A stretch of 64,000 bases of DNA from Candidatus Hydrogenedentota bacterium (lineage in GTDB: Bacteria; Hydrogenedentota; Hydrogenedentia; Hydrogenedentales; SLHB01), in the NCBI GenBank assembly GCA_045863335.1, contig BTVY01000006.1:1-64000 (forward strand). The letters run 5' to 3'. How positions within the stretch are numbered: position 1 is the first letter of the stretch; each line of letters begins with the position of its first letter. A model generated the notes under the pieces. The model was not told the DNA's origin, made no database searches, and saw nothing but the letters and a program-made list of their open reading frames with translations. Shown here in pieces: positions 1 through 9,680 of this stretch. The position numbers and the translations under genes are program-made.

Positions 1-48
1 CCTGTAAGGGACTTGCACCCTCAAGTGAACGCGCCCTGCCGGGCGCAC

Positions 49-87
49 AAAAAAACGGCCCGGCATCGACTTCGATACCGGGCCGTT
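49..87 (-). terminator. Rho-independent terminator of the transketolase gene
   Basis: Minus strand reads AACGGCCCGGTATCG-AAGT-CGATGCCGGGCCG followed by a T-run, about 25 nt after the stop at 113. Confidence 0.85.
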
Positions 88-112
88 GCAAAGAAAGTGT
101 CGAAGTTGCGGC

Positions 113-2017
113 TTACACCGCCAGTTCCTGGATCTTCTTCAGGATGTCGTCCGGCGCGAGGCCCTGGTACGGCACGTGTTCCGGAATGCCGCCGTTACCC
201 GGCCGCACGACGCCCAAGTAGTCGTAGCTGGGCGAGTGGCCCGCGTCGAGCAGCCAGCTTCCAAAGCGGGAACCCAGGCCAGTCTGCCGGTTCTGACCCT
301 CCACGACCAGCACGAAATGGGTCGAGCCAATCCGGTCGATGCAGACTGGATCCGGAAGATTCAGCGTCGGTTTGTTAATCAACCCCACATCGATCCCGAG
401 ATCCCGCGCGCGTTCCACGGCATCCAGCGCCCGGTAGAGCATTTCGCCATAGGACACGACGTAGCCCTGAGAGCCCTCGCGAATCACTTCGTCCTTGCCT
501 GGCACAAATTTGTAGCCGTTCTCTTCGCCAAAGAACTTGGACCGGTTGCCCCGCAGGATGAAGGGGGTCTTCGACCGGTTCGTGAAAACGAACCGGACAC
601 CTGGATCGTCCCAGATGGTTTCGACCATCGCCTTTAATTGCAGCGCATCGGCGGGGAAGTACAGGCGCGTGTGGTCGTCCATCTCTTCGAGGCCGCCATT
701 GGCGAAGAACACGTTAATGCCGTAGTGGCAGGTGTTGTCCGCGATCTCGTCGACACCCGCGTGCGAGAAATGGCAGATGACGTTCGCCTCGTTCAGCCGC
801 GCCATGGTGATTTCGGAAACGACCATTTCGAGGAAGGCGGAGAAGGTGCTGAAAATGCCCTGCTTGCCCTTCGTGAAGCCGAATCCCGCTGCCGCCGAGA
901 AGTTGCCGCGCTCCTGGACGCCGCCGTTAACGCAAACTTCGGGATGCTCCTTGCGAATCGTGTTAAGCCCGGTAGAGCCTTCGAGGTCGCTGTCGATGAC
1001 CAACACACTCGCCACGCGCTCTTCCTCGGACATGCGGTCCAGAATACCGTTGACAATCTTGCCGAACTCCGAGCGGTTGCTCGCCATTTCTTCCGTGGAA
1101 CCCTTGAAGGAAACCTTCGTCTTGGGTGCCGTAACGCTATTGAGATATTCCACGGCCTCGGTCAGCCCGCGCGCCGTCAAGTACTCGATGGCAGGGTCTT
1201 TCTTGATGACGTCGTGACCCGCATGGTTCCCTTCGATGCCGGGAACTCCGGGCGCCATGACCCGTTTGTTGACGACGGCTACCGGGCCTTCGGTGACCAC
1301 GGCTTTCTGCATGCGCGCAAACAGCTTCACAATGTCTTCGCCGTCGCCCGTATCCACGGCCAGACCGTGTCCCTCCAGGGTGCGCGATACATCGTACCCG
1401 GGTAAATAATCAGACGGGTGACCCGAAATGGTGACATTATTATCGTCGACAACGACCTTAACGTTGAGTTTCTGCGCCACGGCGAACCGGGCCGCTTCCG
1501 CGTCATTGCCTTCCTGCTGCGAGCCGTCGCTGCCAAACAGGAAAACGACTTTGTTGGGATTGGCTTTCGCAACGCCGTTGACGAAAGGCCACATGTGACC
1601 CAATCGCCCCGAGCTGAACTTGATGCCCAAATCCGGGTCCAATTCCGGGTGGCCGAAGAGACCGTGTCCATACTCCCGGTAGTGGAGCAGTTTCTCGAAC
1701 GGAATATCACCGTTGAACGCAGCCAGCGCATACTGAATCGCCACGCGATGGCCCGCCTCATCGAAGCATACCGGGTAAACCGTGTCGCTCCCCCGCATGA
1801 AAGCGTCCGCGATGACGACTTCCGGAACGATACTGTACGCGCCGCCCGTGTGCCCGGCCAAACCCTTGATGCCCGCGACGGCAGTGAAAAAAATGATCGT
1901 GTCGCGGTAAAGTTGAATGTTAGCCTTCAAATGCTCCAATTGCTCTTCCGATAATTCCGCCTTCGACGGATCGAGAGAGAGTGGTTTATAGGAACTAACG
2001 TCAATGGGAAAACTCAT
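113..2017 (-). CDS. tkt: Transketolase-family ThDP-dependent enzyme (single chain, ~634 aa)
   Basis: AGHTGG, GHPE, ThDP-binding motif variant GSDGSQQEG...DDNN, DSDLEGST, GVQE, FSAF, C-terminal transketolase_C region. Start moved to ATG 2017 (MSFPIDV) behind GGAAGGGG. Confidence 0.75.
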   Translation of the reverse strand: MSFPIDVSSYKPLSLDPSKAELSEEQLEHLKANIQLYRDTIIFFTAVAGIKGLAGHTGGAYSIVPEVVIADAFMRGSDTVYPVCFDEAGHRVAIQYALAAFNGDIPFEKLLHYREYGHGLFGHPELDPDLGIKFSSGRLGHMWPFVNGVAKANPNKVVFLFGSDGSQQEGNDAEAARFAVAQKLNVKVVVDDNNVTISGHPSDYLPGYDVSRTLEGHGLAVDTGDGEDIVKLFARMQKAVVTEGPVAVVNKRVMAPGVPGIEGNHAGHDVIKKDPAIEYLTARGLTEAVEYLNSVTAPKTKVSFKGSTEEMASNRSEFGKIVNGILDRMSEEERVASVLVIDSDLEGSTGLNTIRKEHPEVCVNGGVQERGNFSAAAGFGFTKGKQGIFSTFSAFLEMVVSEITMARLNEANVICHFSHAGVDEIADNTCHYGINVFFANGGLEEMDDHTRLYFPADALQLKAMVETIWDDPGVRFVFTNRSKTPFILRGNRSKFFGEENGYKFVPGKDEVIREGSQGYVVSYGEMLYRALDAVERARDLGIDVGLINKPTLNLPDPVCIDRIGSTHFVLVVEGQNRQTGLGSRFGSWLLDAGHSPSYDYLGVVRPGNGGIPEHVPYQGLAPDDILKKIQELAV

Positions 2018-2355
2018 GGTACATACCCCTTCCGTATGGATTGCAAAACATCGGGTACGGTAGCACAGGGATGTGGAATGGCGCAACCGATGCGCTTGAC
2101 CAGCGCGTTCGGCCATCCGCTGATTTTGGTGAAATAGGGTTACGCTGTACGCAATGTGTTACACAACTCGTCTGACACCAGATTTTCCTGATCCCGACGG
2201 GGATAAGGCAGCCGAAACCCGAAGGCGTTCAGAAAAAACTGCGAGCCGGAGGCAATAGGCGGCAATCCCGCAAACGGGGTCTTCGGGACGCTTGGAGAGC
2301 CGTTCTCCTCGCAGCAGCCGCCGAGTTCCTTCGCGAAGCGGCCAGCGATCGGAGC

Positions 2356-3363
2356 CTACCTTGCCGACAACCACTCCGGAATCTCGTCGAGCCGCACACA
2401 GGCCGCGGCCTGGCCACGTCCCGCGTCGAGCAGGGGCGGCACGGCTGTTTTGCATTTCTCTTCCGCGTAAGGGCAGCGGGGATGAAACGCACAGCCTGAG
2501 GGGGGATTCATGGGCGATGGCGGATCGCCGCGAAGGAGGATCTCGCGCCGGTCGCGCTTGTGATGCGGCTCCGGTTTGGGAATGGCGCTGATGAGGGCGC
2601 GCGTGTACGGGTGCGCGGGGTCGCGGTAGACCTGTTCGGCGGAGCCCAACTCGACGATGCGACCCAGATACATGACGGCGATGCGGTCGGATAGATGGTG
2701 CACGACCGAGAGATCGTGAGATATCAGAACCAGCGTCAACCCTTCCTCACGACAAAGTTGTCCGATCAGGTTTAAGATTTGCGCCTGCACCGAAACGTCA
2801 AGCGCCGAGACCGGTTCATCGGCGATGATGAGGCGCGGCTCCAGCGCGAGCGCACGGGCGATGGCGATGCGCTGGCGCTGTCCGCCGGAAAACTCATGGG
2901 GATATTTGCGCGCGAAGCGTGCGGCAAGCCCAACGCGTTCCATCAAACTCGAAACCCTCGCGGATACGTCCCGGCGCGGCACGATTCGATGGACGATGAG
3001 TGGTTCCGCCAGGGCATCTTGTATGGTCATGCGTGGATTCAGCGAGGCGTATGGATCCTGGAAGACCATCTGTATGCGTTTCCGCACGTCGCGCAGATCC
3101 ACGCGGGACAGGCGATTCAATTCGCGGCCCTCGAAGATCACGCGACCGCGCGTGAGGGGTGCAGCCTGAAGGATTGTCCGCGCCAGCGTCGATTTACCGC
3201 AGCCCGACTCGCCAACCAGTCCCAAGACTTCGCCCTGTTGCACGCTGAGCGACACGCCTTCCACGGCTTTGACCGTGCCTACCTGACGTTCGATGAGCAT
3301 GCCCTCCCGCACGGGAAAGTGCGTGGATACATCATCCAGCTCAAGTATCGGAGCCGCGCCCAT
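2356..3363 (-). CDS. oppF: Oligopeptide ABC transporter ATP-binding protein (OppF/AppF)
   Basis: Walker A GESGCGKS, FSGGQRQR, DEPVSALD, C-terminal HPYT...GCAFHPRCP. ATG 3363 overlaps the oppD stop (TGATG). Confidence 0.9.
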   Translation of the reverse strand: MGAAPILELDDVSTHFPVREGMLIERQVGTVKAVEGVSLSVQQGEVLGLVGESGCGKSTLARTILQAAPLTRGRVIFEGRELNRLSRVDLRDVRKRIQMVFQDPYASLNPRMTIQDALAEPLIVHRIVPRRDVSARVSSLMERVGLAARFARKYPHEFSGGQRQRIAIARALALEPRLIIADEPVSALDVSVQAQILNLIGQLCREEGLTLVLISHDLSVVHHLSDRIAVMYLGRIVELGSAEQVYRDPAHPYTRALISAIPKPEPHHKRDRREILLRGDPPSPMNPPSGCAFHPRCPYAEEKCKTAVPPLLDAGRGQAAACVRLDEIPEWLSAR

Positions 3364-4337
3364 CACAACTCTCCATCCTGTTCGCGCAGGCACGCGGTCT
3401 TATGCCTGGGGAGCAACTCCTGCAACGCGATGGGCGTCGTGCTGCAACGAGGCACGGCGTGGTCGCAACGCGGTGCGAATGGACAGGCCGCGATCGGCTC
3501 CGTCAAGTCGGGCGGCATGCCCTTGATGCTGTACAACGACTCCCCCTTCTGCCGCGCCGAGGGCAGAGAATCCATCAAGGCGCGCGTATAGGGATGCCTG
3601 GGATGGTCAAACAGGCTCTCGGTCGGGGCGGACTCCACGATACGTCCCGCGTACATGACCAGCACGTGATCGCAAACCTCCGCAATGACGCCGAGATCGT
3701 GGGTCACCAGGATCACCGCCATGCCCATCTCTTCCTGGATGCGCTTGATAAGTTCGAGAATCTGTGCCTGAACGGTGACATCCAGGGCGGTCGTAGGCTC
3801 GTCCGCAATGAGGAGCTTGGGCCGCGTGATGAGCGCCATGGCGATCATGACCCGTTGCCGCATGCCGCCGGAGAACTGGTGCGGATACGCCCGCATGCGG
3901 CGGGACGCGTCCTGGATGCCGACCGTCTTCAACGCGTCGAGTGCGCGATCGTACGCGGCCTTCCTCGAACAGTGCTCGTGAATCCGCAAAGGTTCCATGA
4001 TCTGGTCGCCGACGCGCATGAAGGGGTTCAGCGCGATCATGGGATCCTGAAAGATCATGGAGATGTGTTTGCCGCGCACTTCACGGTGCTGCTTGCGCGA
4101 GCAGTTCAGCAAATCGATCCCGTTAAACTGCGCCGTGCCGCTTTCGATCCGGCCGGGCGGCATGGGAAGCAATCCCATGAGCGAAAGATTCGTCACGGAC
4201 TTGCCGGACCCCGATTCGCCCACGATGCCGAGCGTTTGCCCCGGCTCGACCGAAAACGACACGCCGTCCACCGCCCGCACGACGCCCGCACGGGTGTGGA
4301 AGTAGGTGCGCAAGTTTTCGACGGTCAACAGGGCCAT
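3363..4337 (-). CDS. oppD: Oligopeptide ABC transporter ATP-binding protein (OppD)
   Basis: GESGSGKS, FSGGMRQR, DEPTTALD, HPYT...CPFAPRC. Confidence 0.9.
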   Translation of the reverse strand: MALLTVENLRTYFHTRAGVVRAVDGVSFSVEPGQTLGIVGESGSGKSVTNLSLMGLLPMPPGRIESGTAQFNGIDLLNCSRKQHREVRGKHISMIFQDPMIALNPFMRVGDQIMEPLRIHEHCSRKAAYDRALDALKTVGIQDASRRMRAYPHQFSGGMRQRVMIAMALITRPKLLIADEPTTALDVTVQAQILELIKRIQEEMGMAVILVTHDLGVIAEVCDHVLVMYAGRIVESAPTESLFDHPRHPYTRALMDSLPSARQKGESLYSIKGMPPDLTEPIAACPFAPRCDHAVPRCSTTPIALQELLPRHKTACLREQDGEL

Positions 4338-4340
4338 GGC

Positions 4341-5228
4341 CTAATCCTTGGCAATGCGCGGGTCGAGGGCGTCGCGCAATCCATCGCCCAGGAAGTTCAG
4401 TGAAAACAGGGTAAGCGACAGTGCGATGCTCGGAAAGATGAGCATCCACGGGTACTCTTCCATGGTGTTCGCGCCGTCGTGGATCAGTACGCCCCAACTG
4501 CTCATGGGCGCCTGCACGCCCATTCCGAGGAAACTTACGAAGGCTTCCAGCAGCATGACGGCGGGAATGGTGAGCGTTGTGTATACGATGATGGGGCCGA
4601 GCGCGTTCGGGATAAGATGGCGCAAGATGATGCGGCGGCGATGGAGACCCATGATCTCGGCGGCTTCGATAAACTCCTTCTCGCGCAATGATACCACCTG
4701 CCCGCGCACGATGCGCGCCATGGTCAGCCATTCCACGGCGCCGATGGCCATGAAGAGCAGCACGATGCTTTTGCCAATGTAGACGGTCAGGATGATAACG
4801 ATGACGGTGAACGGCATGGTGTACAGAATGTCGACGATGCGCATCATGATCGCGTCAGTACGGCCTCGTGCGAAGCCGGCGATTGCGCCGTAAAGGACGC
4901 CGATAGACAGCGACACGGCCGTGGCAGCGAATCCCACCATGAGCGAAATGCGGCCGCCGTACAGAATGCGTGTGAACAGATCGCGCCCCAGAGTATCCGT
5001 GCCGAACCAGTGTTGGACGCTGGGACCCACCGCGCCAAGATCGCGGTCCTGGGTTTCGTAGGAGTAGGGCGATAGCCAGGGACCGACGATCACCAACACG
5101 ATCATCGCCGACAAGGTACACATGCCGAAGACAGCGAGGTGGTTTCGGCGGAGACGACGCCACGCGTCCTTCCAGAGGGATGTGCCCTTCTCGACGGGCG
5201 CGGAGGTCTCGACAACGAATTCACCCAT
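4341..5228 (-). CDS. oppC: Oligopeptide ABC transporter permease (OppC)
   Basis: OppC N-terminal SLWKDAWRRL, HWFGTDTLGRD, EAA loop (EFIEAAEIMG), GDGLRDALDP. Confidence 0.92.
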   Translation of the reverse strand: MGEFVVETSAPVEKGTSLWKDAWRRLRRNHLAVFGMCTLSAMIVLVIVGPWLSPYSYETQDRDLGAVGPSVQHWFGTDTLGRDLFTRILYGGRISLMVGFAATAVSLSIGVLYGAIAGFARGRTDAIMMRIVDILYTMPFTVIVIILTVYIGKSIVLLFMAIGAVEWLTMARIVRGQVVSLREKEFIEAAEIMGLHRRRIILRHLIPNALGPIIVYTTLTIPAVMLLEAFVSFLGMGVQAPMSSWGVLIHDGANTMEEYPWMLIFPSIALSLTLFSLNFLGDGLRDALDPRIAKD

Positions 5229-6141
5229 AGCGCACCCTCGGGTCGAGCAGGGCTTGGATCACGTCGACGATGAGGTTGAACACCAGAATCATGGCCGCGT
5301 AAACGAGCACGGCGCCCATGAGCATGGTGTAGTCGCGGTTGAACGCCGCATCAACGAATTGCTTGCCCAGCCCCGGAACCTGGAAGATCTGTTCCACCAC
5401 GAAGGAACCCGTGAGCAACCCCGCGGTCGCGGGCCCAAGGAACGCAAGTACGGGCTGCACACCGCCGCGCAAGGCGTGGCGCAGAACGACGCGAACTTCG
5501 GGAAGACCCTTCGCGCGGGCGGTGCGGATAAAATCCTGCGCAAGCACCTCGAACATCCCCCCCCGGGCGAGGCGTGCCACATAGGCCGCGTACGCTGCGC
5601 CGAGTGTCACGGATGGCAATACCTTCTCCATGGGCCACGTCCACCCGGAAACGGGAAACCAGCCGAGCTTGAGCGAAAAGACCAGTACCAGCACGGGCCC
5701 CAATACGAAGTTGGGGACACAGATGCCGACCATGGCGAATGACATGGGCATGTAGTCAGTGGCTGAATTGGGCTTCAACGCGGCGACCACTCCCGCAAGC
5801 ATTCCCAGCGAAATCGCTACCAGCAGCGCGTAGGCGCCCAGTTCCAGCGACACGGGCAACCGCAAGGCAATCCATTCCGTCACGGAGCGGCTGGGCTGAT
5901 ACATGGAAGGCCCAAGATCGCCCTGCGCCAGATCGGCAAGGTAGTCGAAGTACTGAACGTAGATCGGCGCATTGAGGTTGTAGGTCTCGCGCAATTGTTC
6001 CAGCACTTCCGGGGGCACGTAGCGTTCGCCGCCCTGGAAGGGGCCTCCGGGCGCGAGCCGGATGAGGAAGAACACGAGCGTGACGATGATGAAGAAGACC
6101 GGGATGAAGCTAAGGAGGCGTCTGAGAATGTACTTGGTCAT
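5221..6141 (-). CDS. oppB: Oligopeptide ABC transporter permease (OppB)
   Basis: YILRRL, APGGPF, DFIRTARAKGL, VEQIF..PGLG, NRDY, LDPRVR. Confidence 0.92.
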   Translation of the reverse strand: MTKYILRRLLSFIPVFFIIVTLVFFLIRLAPGGPFQGGERYVPPEVLEQLRETYNLNAPIYVQYFDYLADLAQGDLGPSMYQPSRSVTEWIALRLPVSLELGAYALLVAISLGMLAGVVAALKPNSATDYMPMSFAMVGICVPNFVLGPVLVLVFSLKLGWFPVSGWTWPMEKVLPSVTLGAAYAAYVARLARGGMFEVLAQDFIRTARAKGLPEVRVVLRHALRGGVQPVLAFLGPATAGLLTGSFVVEQIFQVPGLGKQFVDAAFNRDYTMLMGAVLVYAAMILVFNLIVDVIQALLDPRVRYG

Positions 6142-6181
6142 TCGCGGTACTTGTTGATTCGGGAAGCTGCGCTCCGCTCGA

Positions 6182-7837
6182 TCATGAGTCCTGGCCTGCC
6201 AGCGAGAAGTAGCGGTAATTCAAGTAACCCAGGGAATTGGCGCCGGGCCACTGAACTTCAGGCGAAATGAGGAACTTCTGCTTGTACGTATAGATTGGTC
6301 CGACGGGGGCCTCGTTCAGGAGAATGCCCTCGGCTTGCTGCAGCAAGTCATACCGCTTGTCGTGGTCCAGTTCGTACCGCGCCGCTTCGACCAGGCGATC
6401 GAATTCCGGCGAGGACCATCCTGTGCGGTTGTTGCCGCCGTCCGTGACGAAACACTCGTGGTAATTGATGGGGTCGAGAAAATCGGCAATCCACGCGGAA
6501 CGCACGACGTCGTAGTTCAGCGCGTTCATGGACTGCAAATATACTTTCCATTCCTGCTTGTTGGTTAACGCTTCGACGTTGAGATTCTTTTTCCACATAT
6601 CCTGTATGGCTTCGGCGATGCGTTGATGATCTTCGCTTTCGTTGTAGAGGATTTCGATGGGACGCAGTCCCTGGCCATCTGGGTACCCGGCTTCCGCCAG
6701 GAGCGCGCGTGCGGCTTCCACATCGTACGGAATAGACGCCTCTGCGGTGTATCCCGCGAGATCGGGGGGCGTCAACGCGGTGGCAGGCGCGGCCGCGCCG
6801 TACATGATACTGTCGCAGATAGACTGCCGATCGATCGCCATGGCCAGCGCTCGGCGCACGCGGGGATCGTCAAGCGGCGGACGCGTGGTGTTGAACCGGT
6901 AGAAATAGGTGCCAATCAGTGGCTCGATACGCAGTACTTCCGGATTCTCTTTCCGGTAGGTCTGAATCTTGGTCGCCATGAGCGTTTCGATGAGATGGAC
7001 CTTGCCGGACTGAAAGCTGCGCTCCTCCGTCAGCAGGCTGTCCATGGGATAGAATTCGACACCGTCGAGTGCGACGTTCGCCACGTTCCAGTAGTGCTCG
7101 TTGCGCTCGGTCCGGATAATCTGGTCGGGTCGCCATTCGACGAGTTTGAAGGGTCCGTTGGAGACCATGTTGCCCGCAAGGGTCCAGCGTGAGATGCGGT
7201 CGTCGATGGCGCCGAATTCCTCGATGTTCGATTGCAGGACCGGGAACCACGCGTAGTGGATCTGCATGGACAGAAAGTAGGGCGCGGGATATTCCAAGTT
7301 GACCTCTAAGGTCTTTTCGTCGAGGGCTTTTACGCCGACTTCATCGAAATCGGTGATCGCGCCCTCGTTGTAGGCGCGCCCGTTTTTCAGGCACCAGAGC
7401 ATGTACGAGTATTCGCTCGCGAGTTTTGGGGAGAGGTGCCGCTTCCACCCGTAGACAAAATCGTGCGCCGTTACAGGTGTGCCGTTGGACCATTTCGCAT
7501 CGGGATTGATCGTGAATGTGTAGACGAGCCCGTCGTCCGATATTTCCCAGGAGGATGCCGCGCCGGGTTCGACTTCCAAGGTTTTCTGGTGCAGCGTGGT
7601 CAACCCTTCAAAGAGCGACGTGAGGATGCGATGCTCCGTGTGACCGGTGACCATGTGCGGATCCAGCGCGGCGGGTTCCGTGTCCGTCGCGACGCGGAGC
7701 GTATTGCCCCCGCCGCCCCCGCCGGAACATCCGGAAGCGATCAAGAGCAGTGAAACGGAGAGTGCGGCTACAAAGATTCGCGTCACGGGTGATTGGGTTC
7801 CTTTCCGCGCCGATGCTTCGCGGGTTTCAACGGACAT
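6182..7837 (-). CDS. oppA: Oligopeptide ABC transporter substrate-binding lipoprotein (OppA)
   Basis: Lipobox IASGC, LDP, LFEGL, AKWSNGTPVTAHDFVY, SNGPFKL, SAWIADFLDP (SBP family 5). Confidence 0.9.
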   Translation of the reverse strand: MSVETREASARKGTQSPVTRIFVAALSVSLLLIASGCSGGGGGGNTLRVATDTEPAALDPHMVTGHTEHRILTSLFEGLTTLHQKTLEVEPGAASSWEISDDGLVYTFTINPDAKWSNGTPVTAHDFVYGWKRHLSPKLASEYSYMLWCLKNGRAYNEGAITDFDEVGVKALDEKTLEVNLEYPAPYFLSMQIHYAWFPVLQSNIEEFGAIDDRISRWTLAGNMVSNGPFKLVEWRPDQIIRTERNEHYWNVANVALDGVEFYPMDSLLTEERSFQSGKVHLIETLMATKIQTYRKENPEVLRIEPLIGTYFYRFNTTRPPLDDPRVRRALAMAIDRQSICDSIMYGAAAPATALTPPDLAGYTAEASIPYDVEAARALLAEAGYPDGQGLRPIEILYNESEDHQRIAEAIQDMWKKNLNVEALTNKQEWKVYLQSMNALNYDVVRSAWIADFLDPINYHECFVTDGGNNRTGWSSPEFDRLVEAARYELDHDKRYDLLQQAEGILLNEAPVGPIYTYKQKFLISPEVQWPGANSLGYLNYRYFSLAGQDS

Positions 7838-7855
7838 TCAAACCATTGAGTCGCC

Positions 7856-7884
7856 ATTATACCCGTCGCTATTGCCTCTGCCAA
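7856..7884 (-). promoter_or_regulatory. Sigma70-type promoter of the opp operon
   Basis: Minus strand TTGGCA-17 nt-TATAAT, just upstream of oppA. Confidence 0.6.
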
Positions 7885-7892
7885 ACGCGGGC

Positions 7893-7921
7893 TTGCACGT
7901 CCTCGACTGGTAAACCATACT
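7893..7921 (+). promoter_or_regulatory. Divergent sigma70-type promoter for the membrane glycosyltransferase
   Basis: TTGCAC-17 nt-CATACT, back-to-back with the opp promoter. Confidence 0.45.
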
Positions 7922-7940
7922 TGCAAACCGGGTTGGCATC

Positions 7941-9668
7941 TTGGTGAGGAAGGAGAACTTGTTGTCTGAAGCCACTGGAAAACGGGTGAAGGGGCGAATC
8001 GATCGCACCCTCTTGTTTCCCATCCTCGCGCTCGTCTCGGTCACCGTGCTTCTCGTGCCTCCGGCGGGTGACTTTCCCCTGAACGACGATTGGGTCTACG
8101 GGAAGATGGTTCAGCGGCTCGCGGACGAGGGCATGCTGACGGTCCACCCCTACGCTCAGGCCTACGCGCTTGTTCAGACGCTCTGGGCGTGGCCTTTTGT
8201 GGAGGTCTTCGGCTTTTCCTTCACAGTCCTTCGCGCATCGACGTTGGTATTGGCCGTGCTGGCGGTTTGGGGTGTCGCCTTGTGCGCACGGGAATTAGGC
8301 TGCAACCGGAACACCGCGTTGGCCTGCGCGGCAGTCGTTTTCGGTAACCCCCTGTTTCTCAACCTGTCCTACACATTCATGTCCGACGTGCCCTTCGTGT
8401 GCGCGTTGGTCTTTTCCTGTTTGTACTTCCTGCGGGCCATGCGAACGGGGAGCGCATTGCACGTACTTTCAGGGAGTACCCTCGCTGCCATCGGGTTCTT
8501 CAACCGGCAATTCGGCGCGCTCATTCCAATTGCATTCTGTGTAGTGGCGGCCCTGTGGTGGCTCCGGTACCGGCGCGGCGTTCGGATTCCGACGGTCGCC
8601 GCTCTGACGGGGCCCTGGCTTACGGCGTTCGCGCTGGTACTGGGATTACACCTCGCCGGACAACGCATCTACTTACCGCCCCACGCGGCCATGCGAAGTC
8701 TGTGGGACGGCATTGAACCGGGCCGGGCCGCCGTGCTGACCATCTCCATCGCACTCTATATGGGCCTCTTTCTGATCCCCATCGCCGCGGGGATCTTCTG
8801 GTACTGGGTGCGGTCACCCCGGCATCGATTCATGCTACAGACCGCATCCGCGTTTGTGGTCTGCGGACTATTGCTGGCTGGTTTGACACTGGATCGCAGG
8901 CCCTTGCCCCGTTTTCCGAATATCCTGCGGAATCTCGGCGTTGGTCCCATTCTCTTGCGAGACACGTATTCTGTGCGCGATCCGTGGTCTCCCGTGACGC
9001 TCCCGCCGGAAGGTCTATGGGTATTAACGATCTTCGCGCTGCTGTCGGCCGCCATCTGTCTTGCGGCGATAATTGGCTCGATCGTGCGGCCGTGGCGAAC
9101 GCGGGCCACGTCCCGGGCGAAGAGTTTGCGGCGGTCCCAGTATTTGTTTCTGGTATTGCTCGGCGGCTTGCTGTTGCTCGCACCGTATAACCCGCGAACG
9201 GTAGTGTATTTCGACCGGTACCTGCTTCCTGCTATCGTTCCCTTTGTGCTGGTGGCGGCTACCGCACTGCCGAAGATCGCACGGCCGGGCTGGTTCCGGC
9301 CGACCGCGTTTGCAGTCACGCTTCTCTTCGTATTTTCCCTGGCCGGCGTTCAAGACTATCTTGCCTGGAACCGCGCGCGCTGGGAAGCAATCGAATTCAT
9401 GCGTACGGGACTCGGCGCGAAGGACACGCAAATCGATGGCGGCTACGAATTCAACGGTATGTACACGAGCGAGATTCTGTTGAAGCGCAGCGATGCCTCC
9501 GACATCGGCAACCAGGGCGAGAAGGGATGGTGGGTGATCCACGACCGGTACCGGATCGCCATGACGCCGCAGGACCGGTACGAGATCGTGCGCGAGTTTC
9601 CCTACTTCTCGTGGCTTGGATTCGAGACGCGAGAGGTTCTTGCCTTGTCACGTGCGGGCCGGGATTAA
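7941..9668 (+). CDS. GT-C fold (ArnT/PMT-like) polytopic membrane glycosyltransferase
   Basis: First-loop acidic motif FPLNDDWVY, FMSDVP, many TM helices, DRYLLP. True start may be TTG 7959/7962 after AGGAG. Confidence 0.7.
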   Translation: MVRKENLLSEATGKRVKGRIDRTLLFPILALVSVTVLLVPPAGDFPLNDDWVYGKMVQRLADEGMLTVHPYAQAYALVQTLWAWPFVEVFGFSFTVLRASTLVLAVLAVWGVALCARELGCNRNTALACAAVVFGNPLFLNLSYTFMSDVPFVCALVFSCLYFLRAMRTGSALHVLSGSTLAAIGFFNRQFGALIPIAFCVVAALWWLRYRRGVRIPTVAALTGPWLTAFALVLGLHLAGQRIYLPPHAAMRSLWDGIEPGRAAVLTISIALYMGLFLIPIAAGIFWYWVRSPRHRFMLQTASAFVVCGLLLAGLTLDRRPLPRFPNILRNLGVGPILLRDTYSVRDPWSPVTLPPEGLWVLTIFALLSAAICLAAIIGSIVRPWRTRATSRAKSLRRSQYLFLVLLGGLLLLAPYNPRTVVYFDRYLLPAIVPFVLVAATALPKIARPGWFRPTAFAVTLLFVFSLAGVQDYLAWNRARWEAIEFMRTGLGAKDTQIDGGYEFNGMYTSEILLKRSDASDIGNQGEKGWWVIHDRYRIAMTPQDRYEIVREFPYFSWLGFETREVLALSRAGRD

Positions 9669-9680
9669 GCCGGCACACCT

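Noticed and set aside
2159-2185. TTACACAACTCGTCTGACACC as an IS256-like terminal repeat
   Set aside because: Only a vague resemblance, with no partner repeat or transposase remnant.
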